A stretch of 64,000 bases of DNA from Chara braunii (lineage: Eukaryota > Plantae > Charophyceae), in assembly GCA_003427395.1 (NCBI GenBank), contig BFEA01000024.1:4617871-4681870 (forward strand), read 5' to 3'. Both the position numbers and the translations under genes were made by a program. The notes under the pieces are model-generated. The model made no database searches and was not told where the DNA came from. It saw only the letters and a list, made by a program, of their open reading frames with translations. Numbering within the stretch: position 1 is the first letter of the stretch; each line of letters starts with the position of its first letter. Below are positions 49,805 to 60,880 of the stretch, piece by piece.

Positions 49805-52800
49805 GTGGCGGAAAATGGAGGAGGAAGGAGCGGCGACGACGACCAACCAATGGTCGATGCCAAAGTTGCGGAAGAAAAGAAGGAGGAGCCCACTTCACCC
49901 AAATCGCCAAGGATCACGGGGGCGAAAAAGTTCGAAATGAAATGCACCTTGGATGAGATCGACACGGTAGCTCCCCTTAGGAGAACCCTGATGCAGCCTA
50001 TGCAGTGCACACTTCTGGAATACCTAGCAGCCAGCAAAAGCGCTAGGGAAGAACTCCTAAGCATCACGAAGAAGGTAAGAGTCTCGCTCGTCGGAGGACC
50101 CACGGTACCGGGGGAGGGTCCAGCCAAGGAAAAAGTACAGTCCTCCCGAATTATTATGGATGAGCTGCCGACTAACTTCTTCTCGGGGGAGGAGGCCAAA
50201 AAGTTCTATGTATTAGGGAGCGACCAGCTAGAAGCGGTGGTGAGTGAGAAGAAGATGAGGGCTCTGGTAAACAATGGGTCCGAATCCACGGTATGTAGAG
50301 ACTCTATTGCCCGGGAGCTAGGCTTGGAGATAGGTAGGGGGGTATCGATGTCAATGGTCGTAGCGGATAACAAGCTACAACCGGCAGAAGGGGTGTGTCA
50401 CACCCCTGTGATCGAGGTTGCGGGCGTCGAGGCCTCGGTCCCAATATTTTCGGTGAAAGAGTATTCCTCCGAGTTGATCCTCGGTAGAACCTGGCTGAGC
50501 GCGGTTCACGCTACCACGGTTGACTTACCTGATGGAAGTCAGACCCTCTCCATCCAAAGTCCGGATGGAATCCGGGTGGTCCTGAAGACCGTGGACGCGC
50601 AAGATGAGCGGAACCGGACCAACATTCCTAGACGGAAGGGGAACCAATCGAGGGTATGCCAAGTCCGTCTGGAGGAAGCGCTCTTTACGGATAAGGAACC
50701 CCCGGGGGACCGATTAGAGGTCGAAGATGTCGGGGGCAGGATGGTGATCAACGGGATAGGGTACGAAAAGGAGGACGAGGAGGAGGAGTTCAGTGGATGT
50801 GTGAGACTGTCTTTTTTGGAGGAATCCCCCTAGTCGGCGGAATAAAGAACCACAAAACTGTGGCGGAAAAGGTGAAACCCGCCACGGTCAGCCGGGATAA
50901 AACGGGGGAAACTTCGATATCGGAAGAAGAAATCGCCGATATCATCAGGAAATGGAAGGAAACCGAAGGGCAGAGAATTACCGCAGACAGGTTAGCTAAG
51001 ATGGACATAGGGGACGGGAACCTCACGAACAAAGAGAGGGAGTTCGTAACGATGACCCTAAGGGGCTACGACAAGGCCATCGCCTTCGATGACTCGGAAA
51101 GGGGGAGAATCGACCCGAGATATGCTAAGCCAGCCCGGATGCATGCGATTCCTCACGTACCTTAGAAAGATAGACCCCAGTGGAAGTATGCTCAAAAGGA
51201 GAAAGAGGAGATAGTGACATTTATTAAAGAGAAGATAAGGACTTTCGTCGCAGAACCTTGCGAGAGTGCGTACTCTAACAAATGGTTCTTTCTGAGGAAG
51301 GGAGGGAGCGACAAGTTGAGGTGGATCCAAAATCTCCAAAGAACCAACACCGTGACCATAAGGGGCGTAGGGTCCATACCTGAAGCAGTTCTACTCACTG
51401 AAGGATCGGCTGGCCGCTCAATCTACTCAATCTGCGACCTCTTTTCGGGGTATGATAAGATTCCCTTGGACTACCGGGATAAGCACATGACCGCCATGCA
51501 TACGCCTTTGGGACTGGTCCAAATGATGGTGGTACCAATGGGGTGGACGAACGACGTGGCGGTGTTCCAAAGAGCCATGATTGCGGTCCTCAAGGAATTC
51601 ATACCTAGAAGGGTGAAAGTCTTTCTTAACGACTTCCCGATAAAAGGGTCAGTCGAACGGAATGAGACAGAGGTCTTTCCCGGGGTAAGAAAGTTCGTAG
51701 TGGGCCACATGAGCAATGTCAGGGATGTCCTGGTGAAATTAGACGATGCCAACCTTACGGTGAGCGGAACTAAGAGTCGCTGGGGCGTGTCGTCCATCAA
51801 GATATTGGGTTTCATTTGCGACAAGGATGGGCGGAGGCACGATCCCGGGGAATTAGAGAAATTGATGACCTGGCCATCGGCGCTCAAGTCGATAACGGAA
51901 GTTAGGCAGTTTCTAGGGGTGGTGGGCTACTGGAGGATCTTCATAAAGGCCTACGGTGAGAAAGCGGAACCCCTTAAACGACTCCTTAGGAAATCGGGAG
52001 GATGGATTTGGGGGGAGGAGCAGGCCGCGGCCATGGAAGCCCTAAAAGAGGAATTCCGCGAAGGTTGGCAGGTCCTACGAGTTCCGTTCTTCGAGGACGA
52101 GGAGTATCGCCCATTCATAGTTTCTACGGACGCGGGGCCTTACTCGTTAGGGGGCCTCTTATCTCAAAAGGATGGAGCAGGGAAGGAGAGACCGTTACGG
52201 TTCGAGAGTAGGACCTTGAACCCCGCTGAGCGAAATTATAGCCAGTTCAAAAAGAAAGTATTGGGAGTGTTGCATTGCCTGAAGGCCTTCAGCCATTACA
52301 TATACGGGCGACAATTTCTCCTAAGGGTTGACCCCACCGTAGTGGCAACAATCCTTCAAAAGGACTTCTCATTGACCAATCCGACCATCGCTCGGTGGAT
52401 GATACATATTAGACTACGATTATAGGGTCGAGAGGGTATCCGGGACCAAAAACCAGGTTGAGGACGGGTTGTCCCGACTTCCCATCCGGGAAGAGGACCT
52501 ACCTAAGCTCGAGAAAGTGACATTGTCGATGGCCAAGGGGGAGGTAATCCAAGTAGCGGCTAATAGGGTACAAGTGGCAGTACCCATCCGGGGAGAGGGG
52601 GGGACTCATAGAACCTTCCTCGCCAATCTCTACGACGGGAAGTACCGGGACATAGGGCTGTATTTAGCCGGTAGGGAGAGAGGGACCGAGAGAATCCAGC
52701 AAGAGGCGCTAAGATATTGCCTGCGAGGTGACCATCTCTTTAAGAGACCGACCAAGTTTGCGATTCTCATGAGAGTGTTGTGCGATCCAGAGGAAAGAAG

Positions 52801-53870
52801 AGCGATCATAGAGGAGCTGCACGATGGGGTCGTCGGGGTCATAGAGGGGTAAAGGGGACCTTCGATAAAGCCTGTAGGCTCTATTGGTGGGACTGGCAGT
52901 ACGCGGAGGTCGAAAGGTATTGCTCGACCTGCGAAGCTTGCCAAAAAAGGGCTACCGTTCGCTACAAGGAGCCCCTAGTTCCGTCACTACCCACAGTTCC
53001 GGGCGAAAAGGTCCACGTTGACTTGGTAACCATGCCTAAAGGAGTCGGGGGACTCCGGTACATAATCAACTTCCGTGACGATCTCACTGGATTCGTGGAG
53101 GCGAAGGCCATTAAGAAAAAGACGGTCGAGGAGGTGAGTGACTTTCTCCTAGAATACATCGTTAGTTACGGGTGTGTCGGAAAGATAGTCATGGATAGGG
53201 GGGCGGAATTTTTGAGCCAAAAGGTCAAGACATTGTTGGAAAAAACAGGAATCAGGGCGGTTTATACAACCGCCTATCACCCTCAAAGCAATGCGCCGGT
53301 AGAGAGAGGTCACCAAACGCTTGTAGATGCCCTGGCAAAATGGTGCAAGGGTCGCGCAGAGCAATGGCCGAAGTATTTGCGGTACGCGGTTTGGGCCGAC
53401 AACATCACAGTCAAATCAAGCACGGGATACCCCCCTTACACCCTTTGGTTCGGTAGGCATTGTCCCCTGCCCATCGAGTTCCACGTCGACACTTGGACAA
53501 GTGTCTCATGGAAACCAACATGACCAGGTGTGAGCTGTTGGGGGCCCGGATATGGCAAATAGCAGTAAATCTGGACGTCGGACTTACAGAGGCGGAAGCA
53601 AACATCGAGAAAGCGAGGGTGAAAGGGAAAGAAAGGTGGGACAAAAATCTACGGGTCCGACGAACGCCGATAAGGATTAACGACCTAGTTTTAATGTACG
53701 ATTCATCGTTAGAGAAGACCTGGAGCCGAAAATTGGCAAACTGATGGATGGGGACGTATAGGGTCCTAAAGAGATTGGATGAGAGGGCTTACATGCTCGC
53801 TGAATTAGATGGGAGTAGGCTACGGGACCCTATCGCGGGGGCTCGTCTCAAAATCTTCCGATCGAGAGGG
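49805..53870 (+). pseudogene. pol: aspartic protease, RT, RNase H, integrase (stops, frameshifts, catalytic D-to-N changes)
   Basis: ALVNNGSES...LILGRTWL; DLFSGY...PMGWTN...FLNDFPIKG; STDAGP...ERNYSQ; LHDG...H...YWW...CSTCEAC, HVDL, MDRGAEF, PVERGH; WMGTYRV. No chromodomain or additional RNase H seen. Confidence 0.95.
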
Positions 53871-54618
53871 ACCCTTGGGGAGGAGCCGAAGCGGGAAGAG
53901 AAGGAAGTTATTGACACGGAAGTGGCCGTTACCTACGAAAAGGGGGAGACCTCCAATCAAGGGGCCTCTTCTCGACCACCAAAGAGGGGGTTTAAGGTTC
54001 GAAAACTTACCCTACCAAAGACCCATGGAAAGAAGAAACGAACCAGAGAGGATGACGGTGACACAGACCGGTTAGAAAAATGCAGGCTAAGAGAAAGAAG
54101 GAACACCTCAAGGAAAACCTTGAGAATCAAACGGGAGAGAGAAGAGAGAAAACGAAAAAGGGAGAGGCGCGAGAAGAGGATGAGGAGACGGAAACGGGGA
54201 TAGAGTCGCTTGAGGAGAAAAGGGAGAGTGATGTACCATAGTCAGAGAAACATGTGTAGTACCATGGTTAGAGGGGACACGGATCCGAAAGAAAGAATGT
54301 ACCATAGTTAGAGAAACATGTGTCATGGGAGCAACGAGTCGTAACCCCAAAGGAGATATTGTACCATTGTTAGAAACGACCAGTGTCCCGGGGAGGGGTG
54401 CGCCGTGTGTCATGAAGAGTGCCGTAACTAGGCGATACGGTTAAGACTGGTAGGAAAGAAAAGGCGACCGTAATCTAACCGGAGGGTATGGGATGAAACC
54501 AACCATGGGAAAATGAGAGATACCTTCCCACGGTAACAATTGGGTGAGGGGCAAAGGTCAAAAAAGAAGGCTACGGGAATGCTCGCTCGAGACGGCGAGA
54601 AATGGGGTGTGGGCTGGT

Positions 54619-57600
54619 TGTCGGGCGACTGTCTACCAGCCGAAGACTTTTTTCTTTGAAAATAAAAAACGTTTTTTTTCCTTTTTTGCTGTTTTTGCGT
54701 GGTTTTGACGTATACATGCATGTGGATGTGGTGGTTAAGGATGTCCTTGGGCGTCCGAGTCTTCATAGTAACCCTTCGGCTGGCTGGTGTGGCTGTTCAA
54801 ACCTTGGTCGCAAGCTCGAGCACGCGGATCCCAAAGATCGGGGTTTCAGAGCCAAAACCAGAGAGCTGGGGGATGGTGGCCAGCCTGGAGACAGGTTATC
54901 AAAAATTTGGAAGGAGGGGACCTAAGGAAGGCAGGGGTGGACTACAATGGGCGGCATGTAATACTATGGCCGGGCACGACGAAGGCTGGTTACGCACGGC
55001 CGGAGGACTGCGGTTAAAGGAAGGAGGTGTCAAGCGGGACAGTCTGAGGCGAGCCGGAGAAGCACCAAGGACAGACGAGCTAGCCAGCGACAAGGAACTG
55101 ATCCAGGGGGGGAAGGAAAACTGCCTCACCCGTCGGCTGATCCCAGATGGGGCCAGGGTCGAGGAAACATGATGACAAAGAGCCGCGACCATGGGCCGGG
55201 CAGAAAGGGGGTCGAATCGAGAACTCGCACTGATGAAACCCGGGAGAAAAGGATAGAAAATGGGGGCCTCGACCACAGAAACGAAATGAGATCATTGGAA
55301 CGAAATCGGCCTGCACCAGGTGATCCGAGGATCTTCATGAGGCGGCTTCGTAACAGGGGTCAATTGCAAGGGCAATGCCAAGCTGGAAGGGAAAGAGCCG
55401 GCCAGGTGCGAGCTCGGCGAGCGAAGGCGAACGGACTAGCTCTGATGCAAGCACTCCAAGAACAGAAAAAGTGAACCGACAGACGAGAGTGCTAATGTAC
55501 CATGATCGAGGAATCGGCCAGGTGCACGCTCGGCGAGCGAAGGTAAACGGACTGGCTCTAATGCGAGCACTCCAAGAACAGAAAAAACGAACCGACTGAC
55601 GAGAGTGCTAATATACCATGATCGAGGAATCGGCCAGGCGTGCGCTCGGCGAGCGAAGGCGAACGGGCTGGCTTTGATGCGAGCACTCCAAGAACAGAAA
55701 AAGTGAACCGACTGACGAGAGTGCTAATGTACCATGATCGAGGAATCGGCCAGGTGAGCGCTNNNNNNNNNNNNNNNNNNNNNNNNNNNNNNNNNNNNNN
55801 NNNNNNNNNNNNNNNNNNNNNNNNNNNNNNNNNNNNNCGAGGAATCGGCCAGGTGAGCGCTCGGCGAGCGAAGGCGAACGGACTGGCTTTGATGCGAGCA
55901 CTCCAAGAACAGAAAAAGTGAACCGACTGACGGGAGTGCGAATGTACCATGATCAAGGAATCGGCCGGGTGCGAGCTCGGCGAGCGAAGGCGAATGGACT
56001 GACTCTGATGAGAGCACCCCAAGAACAGAGAAAGCAAACCAACTGACGAGAGTGTGAATGAACCAGCCAGGTGCACGCTCGGCAAGCGAATGTGAACGGA
56101 CTGATACAAGTGAACCAACTGACGAGAGTGCGAATGTGTCGTGATCAAAGAGTCGGCCAGGTGCGAGCTCAACAAGCAAAGGAGAACGGGCTGGCTCGAG
56201 TGCGAGCAACAAACGGGGCGAACGGCTCGACAGGTGTGCGAACATACCTAGATCGGAAATCGGCCAAATGCAAATTAATCCAGCAGAAGAGTAGACTGTT
56301 TTGGGTAGAACCGAGGTCAGGGAACGAGCCCCATGCAAGGTTGCTAAACGTGGGGAGGGAGATGAACGGGCAGTCCGGAGTGAGAGCGCGACCAAGATAG
56401 AAGGGAGCCAAGAAGCAAGAGAGCTTACGTCGAGATTAGGCTAAAACATGCAGAAGCGGAGAAACGCGCGCATAACCGGCGCAGTGACCAGGCAAGGAGG
56501 GGTTAGGACGGATCGCGGGTAAGAAGCGGGAAAGTATGGAAAATTTGGCGGATCGCCGGCGGGGATGCACGAAGAGAAGAGCGGGAAACTATGAAAAATT
56601 TTATGAACTATTGGCGGGTGACCGAGTGAGATTGAAGAGTGGTATGATTGGCAGAAGCGAAGGAGCGAGGATCGGAGCGAGGGGAAGAGAGAGGGATAGT
56701 GAGAATATATAAGGAAGAGAGCGGAGGAAGAGAAAAAAGGGGGGGGCGTACGAAGAAGGGGAACGCACGGGTCGAACGCCCGATAGAATCAGCGATCGGA
56801 GGCAGGAAGCGGCGGCTCTCCGGAGGGGCAGCGTTCGAGGGTTCGCGAGAAAGTTGTGCACCAGAGTAGCGAGGCGTGCGTGCCTCCGTGCCAGCGTCCG
56901 AGCAGGCAGACCAGGGAGACAGCGGCTCCTTGGGGTCAGAGTCGGGGAGCAAGAAGAGCGGACGTTAGCAGTTGGTGGAGGGACAGAGCAGAAAAAGTGA
57001 ACGAGAAGAGGCGGTGCGCGCGAGCGCGTCTTCTAGCCGAGACTAGCGCTCAATACGCACTCGCTCGAGAAAGAGAGAGAGGGAGAGAGAGAAAGAAAAA
57101 TGAGAGAGAGAGAGCGAGAGAAAGAGAGAGAGAAAAAAAAAAAGAGTGAGAGAGAGAGCGAGAGAAAAAGAGAGAGAGAGAGAAAGAGAGAGTGAGAGAG
57201 AGAGCGAGAAAAAGAGAGAAAGAGGGAAAGAGAGAGTGAGAGAGAGAGCAAGAGGAAGAGAGAGAGAGAGAGCGAGAAAATGAGAGAAGGAGAGTGAGGG
57301 AGGAAGGGGGAGGTTTCCTTCTCGAAAGGAGGGGGGGAGTTGGCGAGCTCTCGTGGCGAGGCTGCGAAGGGAGGTGATGGCGAAGTAGGTCTGGTGGTCA
57401 TGAGGTGATCCTTAAGGGAAGCGTCGGCCGGGCACTCGAGCGAGAGGTGGGGGCAAAAGGGCCGATGTTCGATAGCGTCGGCCACTGAGCCCTGCCGCGG
57501 GTGGGACTCACGAGGGACGTCAGCTGGAAGGATAGTCAGGGGACAGTAGTCTGGGCACCACTTTTGTTGCCTCGTCAGCGGTGGCGAGATTGCGCTCTCA

Positions 57601-57786
57601 TTGGTAAATCGAGTCTGCTGCTTCGATTCTCTTTCGGTGTGATGTTAGTGCATTTCCCTTCTCTCTCTGGACAACTATCACATGTCAAGCTACATTACAG
57701 TCTGAAAGTTTAAATTTCGTTGTTCCCCTGTCCCCTCCCTCCGCAATCTGATCGAGCCGCCCCGCGAAGGGAAGAGTTGGCGAGGG
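54619..57786 (+). repeat. Proximal part of the 3' LTR (inverted relative to the 5' LTR), with a 116-bp tandem array at ~55400-56160
   Basis: Starts TGTCGGGC after G-rich AATGGGGTGTGGGCTGGT. 56020-57786 is the reverse complement of 64000-62092. The start position is supported by homology with 1855. Confidence 0.85.
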
Positions 57787-57835
57787 GCTCTCACCGCCTT
57801 CTAAGGAGGATTCGACGAAGCGTCCCAGGTCTCTA

Positions 57836-58597
57836 TCAAGGAACACCATTCATTCTAAAACATTTTTTGGGGCACTCCGAAGACCCTTTTGTAGCCGTAA
57901 TCTTGTCCGCCCTCGCGGTCCCGAGTCGATTCCTTAAAGATTCCCACACGAATCCTGCAAGCTTTAATTCTGTACGGTACTGGGTTATCCACGCAGTATG
58001 TGTAGTACCAATGGAGCGACCTAAATGATAGATGCCACCCCCTTCCCGCACTATGGACCGCACAACCTTCTCGTACCGCTCCTCCTTTCCGCTTACCCTC
58101 CGGAAAACGAAGGATGGAAATATGGCCTTGACGCACCCCGTGGCGCGAGGGTACTCCTCGTCTCGAGCGCAAGTCACCCGCACCTCGATCGGTGGGCAGT
58201 AGCGAAGGGGCTCCGCCTCAAAGAGCTGCCTCAGAATCAGACCCGCTCGAGTCTCCCAATGATCCGCACGGTACCAACCTAGGACCAAGTTAGTGACGTA
58301 ATATACTCTGGCCTCCCTACTCAGATAGACCGTTCCTTCTGCACGGACCACTGTTCGTCGAGGCCTCTTTCCGTTCTGGGGCCTATTCCGAGAGCACCTG
58401 TCCCCCTCCCAAGTTCCTACTGCGAACCGCGCCCAAAGGAAAACCCCCTTCTCTAGCTCTAATCCTCTCTCGCGACCGGCCAGATATCTCTCAGTGCGAT
58501 GATCTAAGGGAACGGTAAAGCACTCCCTGTCCTTGCTTAGATCCACCTTCTCGATTTGAACCCCCTCCTCGTCAGTACCTTCTATGATCCTAACCAT
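57836..58597 (-). CDS. Accessory ORF (family B), 253 aa, unknown function
   Basis: MVRII..., GVFLWARF..TWEG, GTVYLSREA and EEYPRATG align with MVRFI..., GAYVWVRA..TWKEG, ATIFLSEDA and GEVPRASG of 32646-33245. Confidence 0.7.
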   Translation of the reverse strand: MVRIIEGTDEEGVQIEKVDLSKDRECFTVPLDHRTERYLAGRERGLELEKGVFLWARFAVGTWEGDRCSRNRPQNGKRPRRTVVRAEGTVYLSREARVYYVTNLVLGWYRADHWETRAGLILRQLFEAEPLRYCPPIEVRVTCARDEEYPRATGCVKAIFPSFVFRRVSGKEERYEKVVRSIVREGGGIYHLGRSIGTTHTAWITQYRTELKLAGFVWESLRNRLGTARADKITATKGSSECPKKCFRMNGVP

Positions 58598-58955
58598 TCC
58601 CCTCGACTATCTCCTCGATGATTTGAACTAGTGTTCTCCAACCGTCCGAACCGTCAAGGTACGCCTCCGGAGTAGTAGGGGCAGGCCGCTCCCCTCGCAA
58701 GTACGTCCGATACCCTAGCGAGTAGAAGTACTTAATCTCGTAGGCTCCCAGCAGTTCCCTCTCGAGCTGCGTGTGATTGACAGCTTCTTCCCAACTATCC
58801 GAAAAGCCTGCCCCTCTATCTGCACCCTCTTCTATATACAAAGCTATGTCGAAATCGCCAGTCCACCAGTAAAAATTGTAGCACCACATGTCCACTCCTC
58901 CTCGATCACCCACACTAATCCCCGCAAGTTCAACTTCTAGAGCCCTCAAACTCAT
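58590..58955 (-). CDS. Accessory ORF (family A), 121 aa, unknown function
   Basis: Paralog of the adjacent ORF (WEEA...YE.KYFYSLGYRTY.RG.RPAP...AYLDGSDGWR.L). ATGA start/stop overlap at 58955-58952. Confidence 0.7.
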   Translation of the reverse strand: MSLRALEVELAGISVGDRGGVDMWCYNFYWWTGDFDIALYIEEGADRGAGFSDSWEEAVNHTQLERELLGAYEIKYFYSLGYRTYLRGERPAPTTPEAYLDGSDGWRTLVQIIEEIVEGNG

Positions 58956-59270
58956 GGAGTTGCCGCTCTCACTATTCTCTCTACGACCCCTATTAGCACC
59001 CTCCAGCCGTCCGATCCGTCGAGATAGGCGTCCGAAACTACCGGGGCGGGGCGACCTCCCCTGGGGTAGGTTCGGTAACCTAAAGAGTAAAAATATTTAA
59101 ATTCATAGCCCCTCAACTCCCCCCTTGCACCGCGAGAGTGACCTATCGCTTCTTCCCATCCACGAAGGAAATCCTCCCCTTGTCCATAGTCGAAATGTGT
59201 AGCACCATACGTCAATATCCCCGCTCGTACACACGCTAATCCATTCCGGGACGGTTTCTAAGCTCATGCA
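58952..59270 (-). pseudogene. Accessory ORF (family A), frameshifted paralog
   Basis: The C-terminus lies in the 58952-59215 frame. The N-terminal ISVCTSGDIDVWCYTF (compare ISVGDRGGVDMWCYNF) lies in another frame. The 5' boundary is approximate. Confidence 0.65.
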
Positions 59271-59877
59271 ATATAATCAAAAAATTCTTCCACTTTCTTT
59301 TGGCCACTCGAGAGACTACCTCTATCCTGCAAGGAGAAGATGCCTGTGAGCTCAGAAGGATCAAATGGACCAGAGAAGGAACGTCGTCCCACTCGGCTAC
59401 CTTCCTGTCCTCCCCCGCTGAGAGGCCCCTTCCCACTCCTGGTACAGAGACTAGCCGCGGACATAGGTTATCCTCGAGGAAGGGTGGCAACCCCCTCCCC
59501 GGAGTCGGACCAAAGTCACACACCCGGGCCCTATGTCCCCCATTGAACCGACCCCTAGTCCTAAGTTAGCCTAACCGGTACCACGTCCCTACTCGGCCCA
59601 CCTCGAGCGTGGAATTACCCAGGTCCCAGGACTTTAATCCACCTATAAATCAAGAATCACTAGCCTACCTAGTCCCACCCCATTCTCCTTCTCTCATCAG
59701 GAACTCTTCATGCTTCGTTCGCACCTTCCATCTCGCCACCGTCTGACTCTTTTCTCTCTTCGAATCTCAAGACTTTGATCGGGGTCCTCAAAGAAAAGGT
59801 GAGGAGAGTAGAGATAATCAAGAGAAGCACTCAGGTTTATCGTTTTTGATTACGTACCTCGTAGTCTTTGCCTCCTT

Positions 59878-60420
59878 TTAGAACTCGTTCTCATAGTCCC
59901 AATAGTCCCCAAGGTCCGAGTCCGAAAAATCGGCAAGACACCGGTCCACCCAGGATTCGGCCTCCGACCCCTCGTCCAAAGAACCCCACGTATCTCCCAC
60001 TTCTCTATCCCCTTCGCTCACAATGGCTGTTGTATTTCTCTCGTCCCCTTGTCCCGGCGCCCGAAGCACCACTCTCTCTGCCCCCAAGTCCCGAACGGTT
60101 CTGGCTCGAGAATTCCCCTCCCAAGTGGGAGGCGCCTCTCTCGCGTGCCCCTCACACAACCCTCGTGGGTCGAGAATCGAAACTCCAAATCCCCCCGGCG
60201 AAACCCTTTCCGGAACGGGAGTTGCACCCTGTACGGGCACCCTCCACAGTCCGTGCGGGTCGAGGATGTTGGGTAACCCCCTTGGATCCCAAATCGACAA
60301 TGGCCCCGAACCCCCTCGAATCCTCCTTCTTTCCACTCCTTCCTCCCCACGTGCGGACCCGCTCACACTATTTTCACAAACGGCTCTTCTTCCCACTTGT
60401 TTGTTGCTTTTCACCCTCAT
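59878..60420 (-). CDS. First ORF after the PBS, 180 aa, acidic C-terminus, unknown function
   Basis: ATG-initiated. Internal repeat (ILDP.GL twice). Ends DFSDSDLGDYWDYENEF. No recognisable domain. Confidence 0.4.
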   Translation of the reverse strand: MRVKSNKQVGRRAVCENSVSGSARGEEGVERRRIRGGSGPLSIWDPRGLPNILDPHGLWRVPVQGATPVPERVSPGGFGVSILDPRGLCEGHAREAPPTWEGNSRARTVRDLGAERVVLRAPGQGDERNTTAIVSEGDREVGDTWGSLDEGSEAESWVDRCLADFSDSDLGDYWDYENEF

Positions 60421-60858
60421 TCAAACCCCTCAAGCAAACTGTGCACCCCCTTAATTTTTAGATTTTTAGAAATAAAACACTCGTAAAATAAGAACTTACT
60501 CCAAAAAAAACTGACCTGGGTACCGGAGTCGCAAGCGGGCCGGAGCGGAACTGTAAAAATTCAAGAGTCCCCGACACCCAACAACCCGACACCCCAACAC
60601 CCCAACAAGCCCAATACCCCAACAAAAACCCTTCCCCTCGCAGAAATAAGTCCCCAATCCTGCTCAAGTACCGTCGTCGTGAAGACCGAAGAAAGGTGCA
60701 GCCGAATCGAAAGAAGATGTCGATGCCGATGAAGAGTTTGAAGCTGATGAGTAAGGCTTGACGCCGAAAACTTGATGCCAACCAGAAGTTGTCTGTCACT
60801 CAAGTTCTCTTGCTACCCCCGTGGTCCTTGAGCCGGCCGAGGCCGTGGGAGAAAACCC

Positions 60859-60877
60859 ATCCCTGGCAACGGCGCCA
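60859..60877 (-). promoter_or_regulatory. Primer-binding site for tRNA-Asp
   Basis: The minus strand reads LTR-ACA-AGT-TGGCGCCGTTGCCAGGGAT. This is complementary, with one mismatch, to the plant tRNA-Asp 3' end ...ATCCCCGGCAACGGCGCCA (recalled sequence). Confidence 0.85.
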
Positions 60878-60880
60878 ACT

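Noticed and set aside
53748-54203. Chromodomain or env after integrase of the giant element
   Set aside because: Only the GPY/F-like motif followed by low-complexity K/R/E sequence. No aromatic cage or transmembrane pattern.
58598-58620. Shine-Dalgarno-like GAGG motifs upstream of accessory ATGs
   Set aside because: The whole strand is purine-rich, so such motifs are expected by chance. There is no evidence of prokaryotic origin.
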